Assembly: GCA_027021705.1 (NCBI GenBank)
Contig: JALUTT010000085.1
Location: forward strand, 21,526-85,525
DNA length: 64,000 nt
Source: Anaerolineae bacterium
GTDB taxonomy: Bacteria > Chloroflexota > Anaerolineae > S140-20
Reading direction: 5' to 3'
In this document: in pieces, positions 21,920 through 30,472 of the stretch
Position numbering within the stretch: the first letter of the stretch is position 1
How the letters are laid out: each line of letters begins with the position of its first letter
Notes under the pieces: generated by a model
What the model saw: the letters and a program-made list of their open reading frames with translations, nothing else
Told to the model about the DNA's origin: nothing
Databases searched by the model: none
Position numbers and translations under genes: made by a program

Positions 21920-21961
21920 GGAAAGGTTGTAAAAAAAAGATGTGGTTCTAAGAAATACCGT

Positions 21962-23221
21962 TCAGATGACGGTGCCGGCAGGGACCACCGCGTTCTTGGG
22001 GATGACGACAATCCCATCCCGGATGACGTAGTTCTCCTCTTCGCGGTCCGGCTCTCCGGCGTGGGAGCGAATGGTGACGCCCCGGCCAATGCGGGCGTTC
22101 TTGTCAATGATGGCCCGCTCGATGTAAGCATCCTGGCCGATGCCAACGTGGGGCCGGCCCAACCGCCGGTTCTCGGCCTTCTGATCCTCGCTCTCGTAGA
22201 AGTCGGCGCCCATCATCACCACCTGGCGCAGCCGGGCACCGGGCCGCACGACGCTGCGCAGCCCGACGATGCTCTCCTCGATGTCGGCCTCGTAGAGCCG
22301 ACAACCGTCGGCCACCACCGTCCGTTCCAGCCGGCATCCGTCAATCCGCGAGGCCGGCAGGAAGCGAGGCCGGGTGTAGATGGGATGGCGAGGGTCGTAG
22401 AAGTCAAAGGGCGGGTTGGGGCGGGTCAGGGCCAGGTTGGCCTCATAGAAGGCCGAGATGGTCCCGATGTCCTCCCAGTACCCCCGGAAGGGAAAGGCGT
22501 AGACGCGGGCCGATTCAATGGCCGCCGGGATGATGTGCCGGCCGAAATCCTCGCCGGGCACCTCCTCCAACAGGCGAGCGAGGACATCCATCCGAAAGAT
22601 GTAGATGCCCATCGAGGCCAGGTAGGGGCGTGTCTGGCCCGGGTAGCTCTCCAGGCCGGCCAGCGCCTCGGCCCCCTGGGGCTTCTCCCGGAAGGCGACG
22701 ATCCGGCCCTCGCCGTTGGTCTTCAGGATCCCGAAGCGGGAAGCCTCGTCCGCCGAGATGGGCAGGACGGCGATGGTGACGTCGGCCCGGCTCTCCCGGT
22801 GGAAGCGGATGAAATCCCGGTAGTCCATCCGGTAGAGATGATCGCCGGCCAGGATCAGGGCATCTTCCGGCGCCCGGCTGAGGAAGCGGTTCATCTGGCG
22901 GCGAACGGCATCCGCCGTCCCCTGATACCAATCGGTGCTGGTCAGCGTCTGCTCGGCCGGCAGGATCTCGACGAAGCCCTGGGAGAAGACGTCGAACTTG
23001 TAGGTCTGGTAGACGTGGCGCTGGAGCGACGCCGACAGGAACTGGGTGAGGACGAAGATGCGGGTGAGGCCGGAGTTGATGCAGTTGCTGATGGGGATGT
23101 CAATCAACCGGTACTTGCCGGCGATGGGGACGGCCGGCTTGGCCCGCATCTTGGTCAGGGGGTAGAGGCGGGTGCCCCGTCCGCCTCCCAGGACGATGGC
23201 GAGGACGTCGGGTGCAGGCAT
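21962..23221 (-). CDS. glgC: Glucose-1-phosphate adenylyltransferase
   Basis: LGGGRGTRLYPLTKMRAKPAVP, WYQGTADAV, GDHLYRMDY, YWEDIGTI. Confidence 0.96.
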   Translation of the reverse strand: MPAPDVLAIVLGGGRGTRLYPLTKMRAKPAVPIAGKYRLIDIPISNCINSGLTRIFVLTQFLSASLQRHVYQTYKFDVFSQGFVEILPAEQTLTSTDWYQGTADAVRRQMNRFLSRAPEDALILAGDHLYRMDYRDFIRFHRESRADVTIAVLPISADEASRFGILKTNGEGRIVAFREKPQGAEALAGLESYPGQTRPYLASMGIYIFRMDVLARLLEEVPGEDFGRHIIPAAIESARVYAFPFRGYWEDIGTISAFYEANLALTRPNPPFDFYDPRHPIYTRPRFLPASRIDGCRLERTVVADGCRLYEADIEESIVGLRSVVRPGARLRQVVMMGADFYESEDQKAENRRLGRPHVGIGQDAYIERAIIDKNARIGRGVTIRSHAGEPDREEENYVIRDGIVVIPKNAVVPAGTVI

Positions 23222-23285
23222 GCGATCTTCTCCTCCTTCACGCAACTACCGCCTTACTGCCCGCCCCGGGTCGGCCACGGCCGGC

Positions 23286-24131
23286 CTACGAGCGAGTTCC
23301 TTGCCCCTCCGGGCTCCCCCGGCCCCGGTAGGGCACGGGCACATACTGCACCGAGGGGCGCTGCTGAGCCGGCTGGCGGTAGAGAGCCATCAGCTTGTAG
23401 ACCAGATCGGGCATCTCTGTCGAGACCGGCAACCCCAACTCCTGGGCTTCCTCCACCGTGATGGGGTAGTCGTGGGTCCACCGCCCCTGGGAGAGGATCT
23501 CGGCCAGCCGCTCGGCCTGGGCGGATTCCATATGCTCCGACAGGATCTCCTGGACCGTCTGCTTCACCTGGGCGATGGCCTTCCGGGCCACGTCGGCCAG
23601 GATGAGCGTTTTGTCCTCCACCTCGTTGGGGTCTTTCATCTCCAGGACCTTGACGATGGAAGCCGCCGGGTACTCCCCGAGCTGCGGGTCCACCGGCCCC
23701 AGGACGGCGTTCTCGTCCATCACGATCTCGTCGGCGGCCAAGGCGATGAGGGTGCCGCCGGACATCGCGTAGTGGGGGATGAAGACGGTAACCTTGGCCG
23801 GGTGTTTGCGCAGGGCGTGGGCGATCTGCTCGGCGGCCAGCACCAACCCGCCCGGCGTGTGCAGGATCAGGTCAATGGGCACCGAGTCATCGGTCAGCTT
23901 GATGGCCCTGAGCACCTCCTCGCTGTCCTCAATGTTGATGTAGCGGAAGATGGGGAAACCCAGGAGGGCCATCGTCTCCTGGCGGTGGATCAGGGCGATG
24001 ACGCGGCTCTTACGCTCCTGCTCGAGGCGCTGCATCAGCCGCAGGCGGGAAGCCTCCAGCATCCGCTTCTGCATCGCTGGCCACAGGCTTGTGACGATGA
24101 AGAAAAGCCAGAAGAGGTCGAAGATGGTCAT
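23286..24131 (-). CDS. SDH-family ClpP-fold serine proteinase
   Basis: LHTPGG, PHYAMSGGTLIALAADEIVM..LGPVDPQ, WTHDYPIT. Confidence 0.9.
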   Translation of the reverse strand: MTIFDLFWLFFIVTSLWPAMQKRMLEASRLRLMQRLEQERKSRVIALIHRQETMALLGFPIFRYINIEDSEEVLRAIKLTDDSVPIDLILHTPGGLVLAAEQIAHALRKHPAKVTVFIPHYAMSGGTLIALAADEIVMDENAVLGPVDPQLGEYPAASIVKVLEMKDPNEVEDKTLILADVARKAIAQVKQTVQEILSEHMESAQAERLAEILSQGRWTHDYPITVEEAQELGLPVSTEMPDLVYKLMALYRQPAQQRPSVQYVPVPYRGRGSPEGQGTRS

Positions 24132-24149
24132 AGGGCATCCTCCTGCTGT

Positions 24150-24845
24150 CTACCAGGGCCAGTATTCATCGGGGTAGGAGGGGCGCGGGCTGCGCCGGGC
24201 GAAGAGCCACACCAAGACGATGCCGGCGACGAACCCTCCGATGTGGGCCCACCAGGCCACGCCACCGCTCTGAAAGACGGAGGCCGTTAGCGCGAAGAGC
24301 CCGTTGAAGAGCTGAGAGAGGAACCAGAACCCCAGGTAGAAGAAGGCAGGGATCTCCACGATCTCGACGAAGAAGAAGATGGGGATCAGGGTGATGACCC
24401 GCGAGGTGGGGAAGAGAACGAAGTAGGCTCCCAAGACGGCTGAGATGGCACCGCTGGCCCCCACCGTGGGGACCCCGGAGAGGGGATACATCCACAGGTG
24501 TGCAAAAGCGGCGGCAACGCCCCCCACCAGGTAGAAGGCCAGGTAGCGCAGGTGTCCCATCCGGTCTTCCACGTTGTCCCCGAAGATGTAGAGGGCCAGC
24601 ATATTTGAGATCAGGTGCCACCAGCCCCCGTGCATGAACATCGCCGTGAAGATGGTGGTGAACTCCTCGAGGCCCGGATGGGCCCAGAAACGGCGGGGGA
24701 CCAGGCCGAAGGCCATCACAAACTGGTTCAGGGAACGTGGTCCTAGCGAGGCCTCAAAGAGGAAGACCAGGACATTGAGCAGGATCAACGAGGTGTTGAC
24801 CACGGGGAAACGGCGGGAGCGGATGGTGTCGCGGATCGGGATCAC
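24150..24845 (-). CDS. Rhomboid intramembrane serine protease
   Basis: MFMHGGWWHLISNM, GDNVEDRMG, VGASGAI, VAWWAHIGGF; GTG start after AAGGAG. Confidence 0.93.
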   Translation of the reverse strand: MIPIRDTIRSRRFPVVNTSLILLNVLVFLFEASLGPRSLNQFVMAFGLVPRRFWAHPGLEEFTTIFTAMFMHGGWWHLISNMLALYIFGDNVEDRMGHLRYLAFYLVGGVAAAFAHLWMYPLSGVPTVGASGAISAVLGAYFVLFPTSRVITLIPIFFFVEIVEIPAFFYLGFWFLSQLFNGLFALTASVFQSGGVAWWAHIGGFVAGIVLVWLFARRSPRPSYPDEYWPW

Positions 24846-24862
24846 AGGCGGTGCTCCTTTTC

Positions 24863-25696
24863 CTACCCACCGGGTTGGATGGAAGGGGTTTCGGCCTCTC
24901 CTGAGGCTGCCTCCACGCCGGCGATGAGTCGGTGCAATCCCAGGCCCGGCGGCCCCGGCAGTACCCACACGCGGACCTGGACCTGGCGGCCCTCGCCGTC
25001 CTCATAGCGGGCCGCCACCGTGTGGGGGGCGCTATCCAGCCACGGATAAGCCTGGTAGAGCTGGCCCACGTTGTCGAAGCAGGGGGCCAAATAGTGCCCT
25101 GAGGAGAGAACCTGGATCTCCTGAGGCCGACCATTCACCTGGGTGATCAGCACCATCGTCCAGGCCTTGCTCTCCTGGTACGAATAGCCATAACGGCCGG
25201 CAACGGCGTAGGCGTAGAAGGTCAGGACGCTCTGGGCGTACTGTCGGGTGCTCGGCAGGTGAACCTGGTCCCATCCGCCGTTGTAGGCCGAGAGGGCCAG
25301 AACCAGGTCGCCTTGTGCCTTGTGGACGATCTCGGTCAGGATTCCCGTCCCCCAAGCCAGGTTCAAGGAGGGGTCTTTCAGCGCCTCGGCCGAGGGTCGC
25401 CAGGGGAAACCCGCCTCGGCCGGCATCACCATCATCAGTCCAACCGCTCCGTAGGGACCCTCTTTCTGAGCCTGCCCGATGGACTCTTTGCGCACCACGG
25501 CGGCTACCAGATCAGGGTCCAACCCTCGCTCTTCAGCCCAGTAGGCGATCAGGGATTCCCACTGGCGGATAGCAGGCCCCCAATAGGGAGAGAGCACCAC
25601 CGCTCGGGGGGGATCATTCCCGGGTGGCTCACCGCTTCGGGGTGGGAGGGAGAGTGGGAAGAGCAGGGCGAGGATCAGCGTCCATCGCAAAAGCAT
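24863..25696 (-). CDS. Secreted lytic transglycosylase (SLT domain)
   Basis: Signal peptide; LVAAVVRKES, GAVGLMMVMP, ALSAYNGG. Confidence 0.85.
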   Translation of the reverse strand: MLLRWTLILALLFPLSLPPRSGEPPGNDPPRAVVLSPYWGPAIRQWESLIAYWAEERGLDPDLVAAVVRKESIGQAQKEGPYGAVGLMMVMPAEAGFPWRPSAEALKDPSLNLAWGTGILTEIVHKAQGDLVLALSAYNGGWDQVHLPSTRQYAQSVLTFYAYAVAGRYGYSYQESKAWTMVLITQVNGRPQEIQVLSSGHYLAPCFDNVGQLYQAYPWLDSAPHTVAARYEDGEGRQVQVRVWVLPGPPGLGLHRLIAGVEAASGEAETPSIQPGG

Positions 25697-25753
25697 AGCA
25701 TCCGTCCGGCCTTGTCCTGGCGTGCGAGGAGAACCCGGCATCGTCTGGCCCGG

Positions 25754-25782
25754 ATGATACCACAGACGGGCCATCTTCGCAA
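25754..25782 (-). promoter_or_regulatory. sigma70 promoter of the SLT-rhomboid-protease-glgC gene string
   Basis: Minus strand TTGCGA-17 nt-TATCAT with extended TG. Confidence 0.5.
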
Positions 25783-25784
25783 GG

Positions 25785-25912
25785 GTGGTCGGATGGTCGG
25801 GTGGTCAGGTGGTCACTTGGTCAAGTGGTCGCTTGGTCGGATGAAGTCCTCGGTCCTCAGTCCTCAGTCCTTGGTCCTCGGTCCTCGGTCCTCAGCCCTC
25901 GGTACTCAGTCC
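25785..25912. repeat. Adjacent 8-mer (GTGGTC-core) and 7-mer (GTCCTCR) tandem repeats
   Basis: ggtggtcggatggtcgggtggtcagg... followed by gtcctcggtcctcagtcctcagtccttggtcctc... Confidence 0.8.
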
Positions 25913-25934
25913 GCCATTGGGTCGGGTGGGGAGG

Positions 25935-26408
25935 CTATCCTCCCTCGACCCTGGCGATGGCCTCTGCGGGAGGGACGTCGGCGTAGATGACGCTCATAAT
26001 GCCGGGGAGGTACTTGTCCATCATCAGCACGTTGAGGTAGACAAGCGTCTTGATCATCTGGGGCGTCAGTTGTCCGCCCTCCACATCCACGCTGGTCTTG
26101 TACCGGACCTCGCCGTCGGAGAAGTCCATCTCGAAGTTGCCGATGATGAGGCCGTAGTTCGCCCGGGTCAGGAACTCCGCCACGGCCTGGCGCTTGTCCG
26201 GCGGAACGTTGGTCTCCAGCACCGAGTAGAAGATGAACTGTTGTTGAGCATCCTTCGCCTGGGCGAAGCACTGCCAACTCCCGTTGTTGCCCCGGAAGCC
26301 CATCCGGAGGATTGGCCTATCCCCCAACTGTTGGAACCTCCAGTCATCATCCCTGAAGAACTGGACCATCGTATCGAAGATGCTGCCGCCTCCGAAGAAT
26401 GGACTCAT
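25935..26408 (-). CDS. YbjN domain protein
   Basis: VAEFLTRANYGLIIGNFEMDFSDGEVRYKT; AAGGAGG RBS; TTGCGT-17-TATACT promoter at 26494-26466. Confidence 0.88.
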   Translation of the reverse strand: MSPFFGGGSIFDTMVQFFRDDDWRFQQLGDRPILRMGFRGNNGSWQCFAQAKDAQQQFIFYSVLETNVPPDKRQAVAEFLTRANYGLIIGNFEMDFSDGEVRYKTSVDVEGGQLTPQMIKTLVYLNVLMMDKYLPGIMSVIYADVPPAEAIARVEGG

Positions 26409-26508
26409 TCCGCCCTCCTTGTAGGTGTAGAACAAGGGCCTTGTGAGGGAGAGAGCTTTGAATCGAGTATATCACACAACCACGCCCAACGCAAGACCCA
26501 AAGCCGAA

Positions 26509-26553
26509 TGGCCGTCCACGAACCTCCCACGAATGCACCTTCGCGGACGGCCA
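26509..26553. repeat. Palindromic dispersed repeat (ACGAAT-arm family)
   Basis: TGGCCGTCCACGAA...TTCGCGGACGGCCA. Confidence 0.6.
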
Positions 26554-26642
26554 ACCTCCGGCGGAGGGCGTTTGAACCGCCGATGCTCTGTTCGGTGGCC
26601 CCATCCCCCCTGGCTTGGTCCGGGCGGGTATGGGAGCCCGCT

Positions 26643-29600
26643 CTACGGCCCGGCCAACCGGAACAGGGCGACCACGGGATCGTGGTCGGCGGCCCGGTGG
26701 GGGTCGGCGCCGTCCGGCTCCGGCAGGGGGTAGTCGGCGTTGACGTGCAAGGGCTCGGCCCGCACCAGGTGCTCCCCCAGCGCCGGCGTGACCAGGATGT
26801 GGTCCAGCAACTGGGAGACGCCCTGGTAGATGAAGGAGTAGCGCTCCTCCCGAGGCAGATTCGCCAGGACGTGGACCAGCCGACCGCCGGGTGTCTCCCC
26901 CTCTGTCAGCGCCCGCAGCGGGGCCGAACCGTAGTAGTCGTTCAGGTCGCCCAGGACCACCACGTAGGCCCCGGGATCGCGGGCCAGGAGCTGGTCCACC
27001 AGGTGGGCGTTCCACTGGGCCTCCTTCACCCGGCGGGGCTCCGTCAGCGCCTCACCGCCCGCCTTGGAGATGAAGTGGTTGACGATGGCGTAGACGGTCA
27101 CGTCGCCGGCCGAGGCGGTGCGCACCGTGACGGTGATCATCAGGGGCGGACGGCTGAAGAGCCCCTCCGGGGCCTGGTACTGGCCGGCCCCCACCACCGT
27201 CGCCCGATCGCCCCGCACCAGGAAGCCCACGTCAATCCCCCGGCTGCTGGGCCCCTCGATGAGCACCCCTTGGTAGTCGTAGCCGGCCAGGGCCGGGCGG
27301 GCCGCCAGGTCCTCCAGGACCTTGATGTTCTCCACCTCCTGCACGCCGACGATGGTCGGGGCCCCCAGGGCCGTGATCACCTGGGCGATCCGATCCAGCC
27401 GCCTCTCGTACCGGCGGCGCGTGGGCTTGGGTGGGTCGCTCACCGGATGGGGATCGCGGTAGTCGAAGAGGTTCTCCAAGTTGAAGGTAGCGACGCTGAA
27501 CTCGTCGGGGCCGGGCTCCGGCAGGCGAGGGAGCGGCGGCGGCGGAGCGCTAACGACCCGAGGCGGGGCCAGGGGTTCCACCTTGTAGTTGCCGAAGGTG
27601 TAGGCCAGCGGCCCCGTCAGGTCCATCACCTGGTCGCCGGTGCGGACCCGGTAGGGGAGGGTGCTGCCGTCTTGGTGGCGCACCAGGGAACCGTCGTCCA
27701 CCCGGATGAGGAGGCCGGTCGGGTCGCCGTGGAGCACCCGGGTCACGCCGTGCTCCGGCAGCACCAGGGCGTACTCGCCGTACTGGTTGACCGGCCCGAC
27801 CGCCACCGCCGGCCCCGGCAGCGTCACCAGCATCCCCTCCAGGGGCTCGTAGTAGGCCACCGCCGTCTCGTCGTCGGTCGGCGGGTCCAAGGGGACCGGC
27901 TCCGGCAGCGGCTCCCCGGCTTCCAGCACCTGCACGTCCTCCGGCCCGCCGATGTGCAGTTCCGTCTGGGCACCGCGCTCCCGCACCCGCCCCCGGACCT
28001 GCACCCGGTCGCCCGGCGACACCTGGACCTTCGCCTCGCCCGTGTAGACGAAGAGCCCCTCCGAGGTGCGGGGGTCCTCATCGGGCGTTGGGCTCTGGAT
28101 CCAGAAGCCGCCCAGGTCGGGGAAGAGGCCGGTGACGATGCCCTCGGTGCTCAGCGTCTTCAGCTTGTAGGGGGAGGCGAAGCCGGGTCCCTGGACCGCC
28201 CAGATGGGCACGGTGTCGCCGACGAAGGTGAGCAGCGGCAGGCCGGTCTCGTGGGTGAGCCATTCGCTGGCCCAGGCGGCGTAGGAGGGCACGGTGATGA
28301 CCCCCTCCTCGCCCGTCACGACGGCGGTGAAGTGGACGCTGGCCGACTCGCCGGCGGGCAGCGAGGGGAGGGTCCAGCGGATCACCCCCTCGGCCACCGC
28401 CCCACCATCTTCCACCTCCGCCAGGGCGGCGCTCCCGGTCGGCAGGGCGCTGGTGACGACGACGCGGCTGAAGGGGGCGTCGGTGTGGTTGCTGACGGTG
28501 AGGGTGAAGGGGACGGTCGCGCCGGGCCGGGCGTTGACCGGCGCATCCCCGCCCACGGCCAGCACCGGCGGGTAGACTTCGACGATGTCGTCGGGGATGC
28601 GGGGCTTGAGCTCCAGCGTGTCGTTGTACATCTCGGCGATGCCGGCGATGGTGTAGCGGTGGCCCACCTCCATCGCCTCAACCGCCAGGTCCAGCCCCGT
28701 CAGCTTGTCCACGTAGACCAGGACGACGTTGCCCTCCTCGTCGGCCAGGTCAATCTGGAAACTGTAGGTGGCCTCCTCGATGCGGGTGGCCACGCCGGTG
28801 GCGGCGACGAGCCAGCCGGGGACGGCAGGGTCCTGCAAGAGCTGGCCCACGGAGAGCTGGCGGGGTGGTGGGACCTCCGCCTGGCCCAGGATGACGACGT
28901 CGTCGGGGTTGCTCTGGGGCACGATCTGGATGGAGTTGCGGTAGACGCCTACCTCGCCGGTGACCCGGACTCGGTCGCCCAGGGCCACGGTGGGCGGCTC
29001 GCCGTTCTCGTCGAAGCACTGGATCTGGATGCCGCCGCTCTCGTCCTGGAGGTAGAACTTGGCGTTGTTGGTGCCGGCGTAGTAGCCGCCGGTGTACATC
29101 GTGGCGATCCCCTCAACGGTGACCCGCCGGCCCATCAGCGTGCGGGCGACGGCGATGGGGAGGATGCCTCCTTCCACGCGGGTGCGGACGGGTGCGGGGT
29201 AGGCCGGCTGGGGCCAATCGGCGGCCTGGGCGGTCGCCTCCCGCACGATGAGGGTGAGGTAGGTCAGGGGGGTCTCCACCGTGACCGCGCGGGCGGACGC
29301 CTCCCCGTCCGCCAGTTGGGGGATCGTCCAGCGCACCATCTGGCCTTCCACCGAGCCGTTGTCGGAGGCGGAGACGACGGTGAGGCTGGGCGGGACGGTG
29401 AAGGTCAGCGTCACGTCGTGGACGGTCTTGCCGGTGGCGTTGGTCACCTCCAGGCGGTAGTCGAAGCGGGTGCCCGGCTCCACCGTCGTCGGGGCCTCCA
29501 GGCGGACCAGGAGCTGTTCGGCCTCGACGGGGGTGGGGAAGCTGCCGGTGTTCTGGGGGTTGGGCGCGGCGTTGACCAGGAAATCGGCGCTGTTGTCATC

Positions 29601-30122
29601 GCTATCCTGGCCGTTCCCCGCCTCCCCACCGGGCTTGCGCTCCAGGGAGGTGCCGTTCTCGGGGGCGGGGGCGGGCGATCCCTCGGCCAATTCGGCGGCC
29701 TTCTCGCCCCAGGCCAGCCGGTCGGCTACCTCGCCGGCCGGGTCCAGCAGGGTCAAGGAGCCGAAGCGGGCGTTGATGGGCTGGTCGAACTCGGCGTCGG
29801 GCACCAGGCCCACGTCTATGCCGGCGCGCACCAGGAGGAAGTGGCCGTGGGGGGGCACCACCGAGGGCTCCTCCCAGGTGTAGAGGGGGATCGGTTCCGT
29901 CTGGGGGGAGAGCTGGTAGAGCAGGCGGTAGCCCTGGAGGTCGAAGGGCTCCGAGGTGGCGTTGTAGAGCTCGATGAACTCGTAGTTGTTGTTGCCTTTG
30001 GCCCCGGCCTGGAGCTCACTGATGACCAGGGGGGTCGTCGGCGTGGGCTTGGCCTCTTTCTTGCAGGCGCTCAGCAGGGCGAGGAGCGGGAGCAGCAGGA
30101 GCAGGGGCAGCGTTTTTCGCAT
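26643..30122 (-). CDS. Lipoprotein extracellular nuclease (lamin-tail, Ig/DUF11-like and OB-fold domains; ExeM/NucH-type endonuclease/exonuclease/phosphatase domain)
   Basis: Lipobox LLSAC; LVISE...EFIELYN (LTD); ATFNLEN, GVQEVEN, LGDLND, LDHIL, DHDPV (EEP motifs). Confidence 0.88.
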   Translation of the reverse strand: MRKTLPLLLLLPLLALLSACKKEAKPTPTTPLVISELQAGAKGNNNYEFIELYNATSEPFDLQGYRLLYQLSPQTEPIPLYTWEEPSVVPPHGHFLLVRAGIDVGLVPDAEFDQPINARFGSLTLLDPAGEVADRLAWGEKAAELAEGSPAPAPENGTSLERKPGGEAGNGQDSDDNSADFLVNAAPNPQNTGSFPTPVEAEQLLVRLEAPTTVEPGTRFDYRLEVTNATGKTVHDVTLTFTVPPSLTVVSASDNGSVEGQMVRWTIPQLADGEASARAVTVETPLTYLTLIVREATAQAADWPQPAYPAPVRTRVEGGILPIAVARTLMGRRVTVEGIATMYTGGYYAGTNNAKFYLQDESGGIQIQCFDENGEPPTVALGDRVRVTGEVGVYRNSIQIVPQSNPDDVVILGQAEVPPPRQLSVGQLLQDPAVPGWLVAATGVATRIEEATYSFQIDLADEEGNVVLVYVDKLTGLDLAVEAMEVGHRYTIAGIAEMYNDTLELKPRIPDDIVEVYPPVLAVGGDAPVNARPGATVPFTLTVSNHTDAPFSRVVVTSALPTGSAALAEVEDGGAVAEGVIRWTLPSLPAGESASVHFTAVVTGEEGVITVPSYAAWASEWLTHETGLPLLTFVGDTVPIWAVQGPGFASPYKLKTLSTEGIVTGLFPDLGGFWIQSPTPDEDPRTSEGLFVYTGEAKVQVSPGDRVQVRGRVRERGAQTELHIGGPEDVQVLEAGEPLPEPVPLDPPTDDETAVAYYEPLEGMLVTLPGPAVAVGPVNQYGEYALVLPEHGVTRVLHGDPTGLLIRVDDGSLVRHQDGSTLPYRVRTGDQVMDLTGPLAYTFGNYKVEPLAPPRVVSAPPPPLPRLPEPGPDEFSVATFNLENLFDYRDPHPVSDPPKPTRRRYERRLDRIAQVITALGAPTIVGVQEVENIKVLEDLAARPALAGYDYQGVLIEGPSSRGIDVGFLVRGDRATVVGAGQYQAPEGLFSRPPLMITVTVRTASAGDVTVYAIVNHFISKAGGEALTEPRRVKEAQWNAHLVDQLLARDPGAYVVVLGDLNDYYGSAPLRALTEGETPGGRLVHVLANLPREERYSFIYQGVSQLLDHILVTPALGEHLVRAEPLHVNADYPLPEPDGADPHRAADHDPVVALFRLAGP

Positions 30123-30210
30123 CAGGTCTCTCTCCGGGTGTGCAACTTGCAATTTGCCATTCGCAGGGAGAAATATACACCCGATGGGGGAAGCAGGCAA
30201 GTCGCCGGAA

Positions 30211-30254
30211 GGGGCAAGGGGCAGGGGGCAGGGGGCAAGGGGCAAGGGGGGGCA
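30211..30254. repeat. GGGGCAR heptamer tandem repeat
   Basis: ggggcaaggggcagggggcagggggcaaggggcaagg; same unit at 55818-55885. Confidence 0.8.
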
Positions 30255-30262
30255 GGAGCGGC

Positions 30263-30291
30263 TTGACTTTCCCCGGGGTTTCCGCTATACT
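30263..30291 (+). promoter_or_regulatory. sigma70 promoter of the type III cas operon
   Basis: TTGACT-17 nt-TATACT, about 180 nt upstream of cas10. Confidence 0.75.
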
Positions 30292-30472
30292 GGGGGTGGT
30301 TTTTGAGAGCGCCTTTGAAAAGTCCTCTGTTGGGGTGTCCCCCAGGCCGGTCACGACGCCCTGGTGACCGTAGGAGCCCACGAAACAGCCCGCTGGCGTC
30401 AGCGTTGCCGGCGGGCTTTCTTCCATAGCCTTAGCGGTTGCCCTGTTCAATGCCGGAGCCAAGGAGTACCCT

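Noticed and set aside
25917..30266. 1449-aa plus-strand ORF and other long antisense ORFs (for example 7788-10379, 14292-16121, 50606-52618)
   Set aside because: Shadow frames opposite well-supported genes in high-GC DNA, with no recognisable motifs.
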